A stretch of DNA of 64,000 nt from an uncultured Granulosicoccaceae bacterium (GTDB taxonomy: Bacteria > Pseudomonadota > Gammaproteobacteria > Granulosicoccales > Granulosicoccaceae): positions 8,469 to 72,468 of the forward strand of contig CALHNS010000005.1 in NCBI GenBank assembly GCA_938035125.1, in the 5' to 3' direction. Under the pieces are notes generated by a model, which saw only the letters and a program-made list of their open reading frames with translations, ran no database searches and had not been told where the DNA came from. Positions 63,566 through 64,000 of the stretch are shown piece after piece. Both the position numbers and the translations under genes were made by a program. The stretch's first letter is position 1. The number at the start of each line of letters is the position of its first letter.

Positions 63566-64000
63566 AGTATTAATGAACTCTTGTAGTGGTATTTATCCAA
63601 CACGTTGTTGGTTTGTGCACAAAGATTACTCTTTGGCTCCTTACCGGTCTATGGACAAAAGTTTACAAATTCGTAAAGGAACTTACCGTTACATTACAAA
63701 TTCATGTGCTACCAAATTTTATATCTTTTAAATTCAATAGCTTACGAGATTGATACGGGTTGCTTTCAGTATAAGGATGGCATTTGATCACTTTTTGATC
63801 AATGGAAATTTTTCTCTCTGTGCTAGCCCAATTTTATAACTGTTTGGTTTATGGGCTTTTTGTTAGAGAAATATACTGCAGCTCCAAGAGGAATCTGGCT
63901 TTGCAACCTAAGCGAAAACCACACTAGCTATAAACAGGGCAACCACCAACAAACTACCAATGCCTAGTGACTGTTTTTCAACTGGATTTCGAGGCGCGGC

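Noticed and set aside
63908-64000. Possible 3' end of a minus-strand CDS entering from the right edge (...SLGIGSLLVVALFIASVVFA, stop at 63908-63910).
   Set aside because: Only ~30 codons are visible and there is no recognisable signature. Too little to call.

Overview
The window reads as a gene-dense chromosomal segment of a marine-type heterotrophic gammaproteobacterium. That taxon guess is inferred from protein signatures and was not computed. I support about 57 CDS, most of them in tight operons with ATGA/GTGA/TTGA start-stop overlaps. I found no rRNA, tRNA, CRISPR array, integrase or transposase. Left to right: a CBM9-like lipoprotein coupled to a small membrane-anchored protein; an exported EndoU-like RNase; a voltage-sensor-domain-only membrane protein; DUF2786 plus an ElaA-like GNAT; a five-gene family-5 (peptide/opine-type) ABC importer; a second CBM9-like lipoprotein; ald; a Gfo/Idh/MocA oxidoreductase; yigZ; a YugP-type Zn peptidase; LysR plus a double-DUF1127 protein; an orphan hybrid histidine kinase; a Tat-signal DsbA. 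Next come a LacI-associated TTT transporter + CoA-acylating aldehyde dehydrogenase + acyl-CoA ligase operon, and a PhyH dioxygenase / DoeA-like M24 hydrolase / ArgE-like M20 deacylase / FdhD operon. Then an alpha/beta hydrolase, Prx5 and CIA30; two tandem OmpA-type lipoprotein paralogues followed by a 1366-aa hyper-acidic thrombospondin-type-3-repeat protein with a (Pro-Ala)n hinge and a sorting-signal-like C-terminal tail; and an MBL hydrolase. The right end holds a lipoprotein GH10 xylanase translationally coupled to a YbbA/YbbP (MacB/FtsX-type) ABC system; three overlapping Gfo/Idh/MocA genes; OYE; a B12-radical SAM protein; BON; and a Liv-type (HAAT) ABC importer with a Tat-signal binding protein next to a porin. 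The best candidates for something undescribed are: the pore-less voltage sensor (2936-3928); the GH10 / type VII ABC coupling together with the stand-alone CBM9 lipoproteins; the OmpA-OmpA-giant TSP3 locus with its unusual C-terminal tail; and the DoeA-like/M20/PhyH operon. All family calls come from reading the translated ORFs against remembered signatures; no search was run. Hand-indexed coordinates of small motifs are +/-2 nt.
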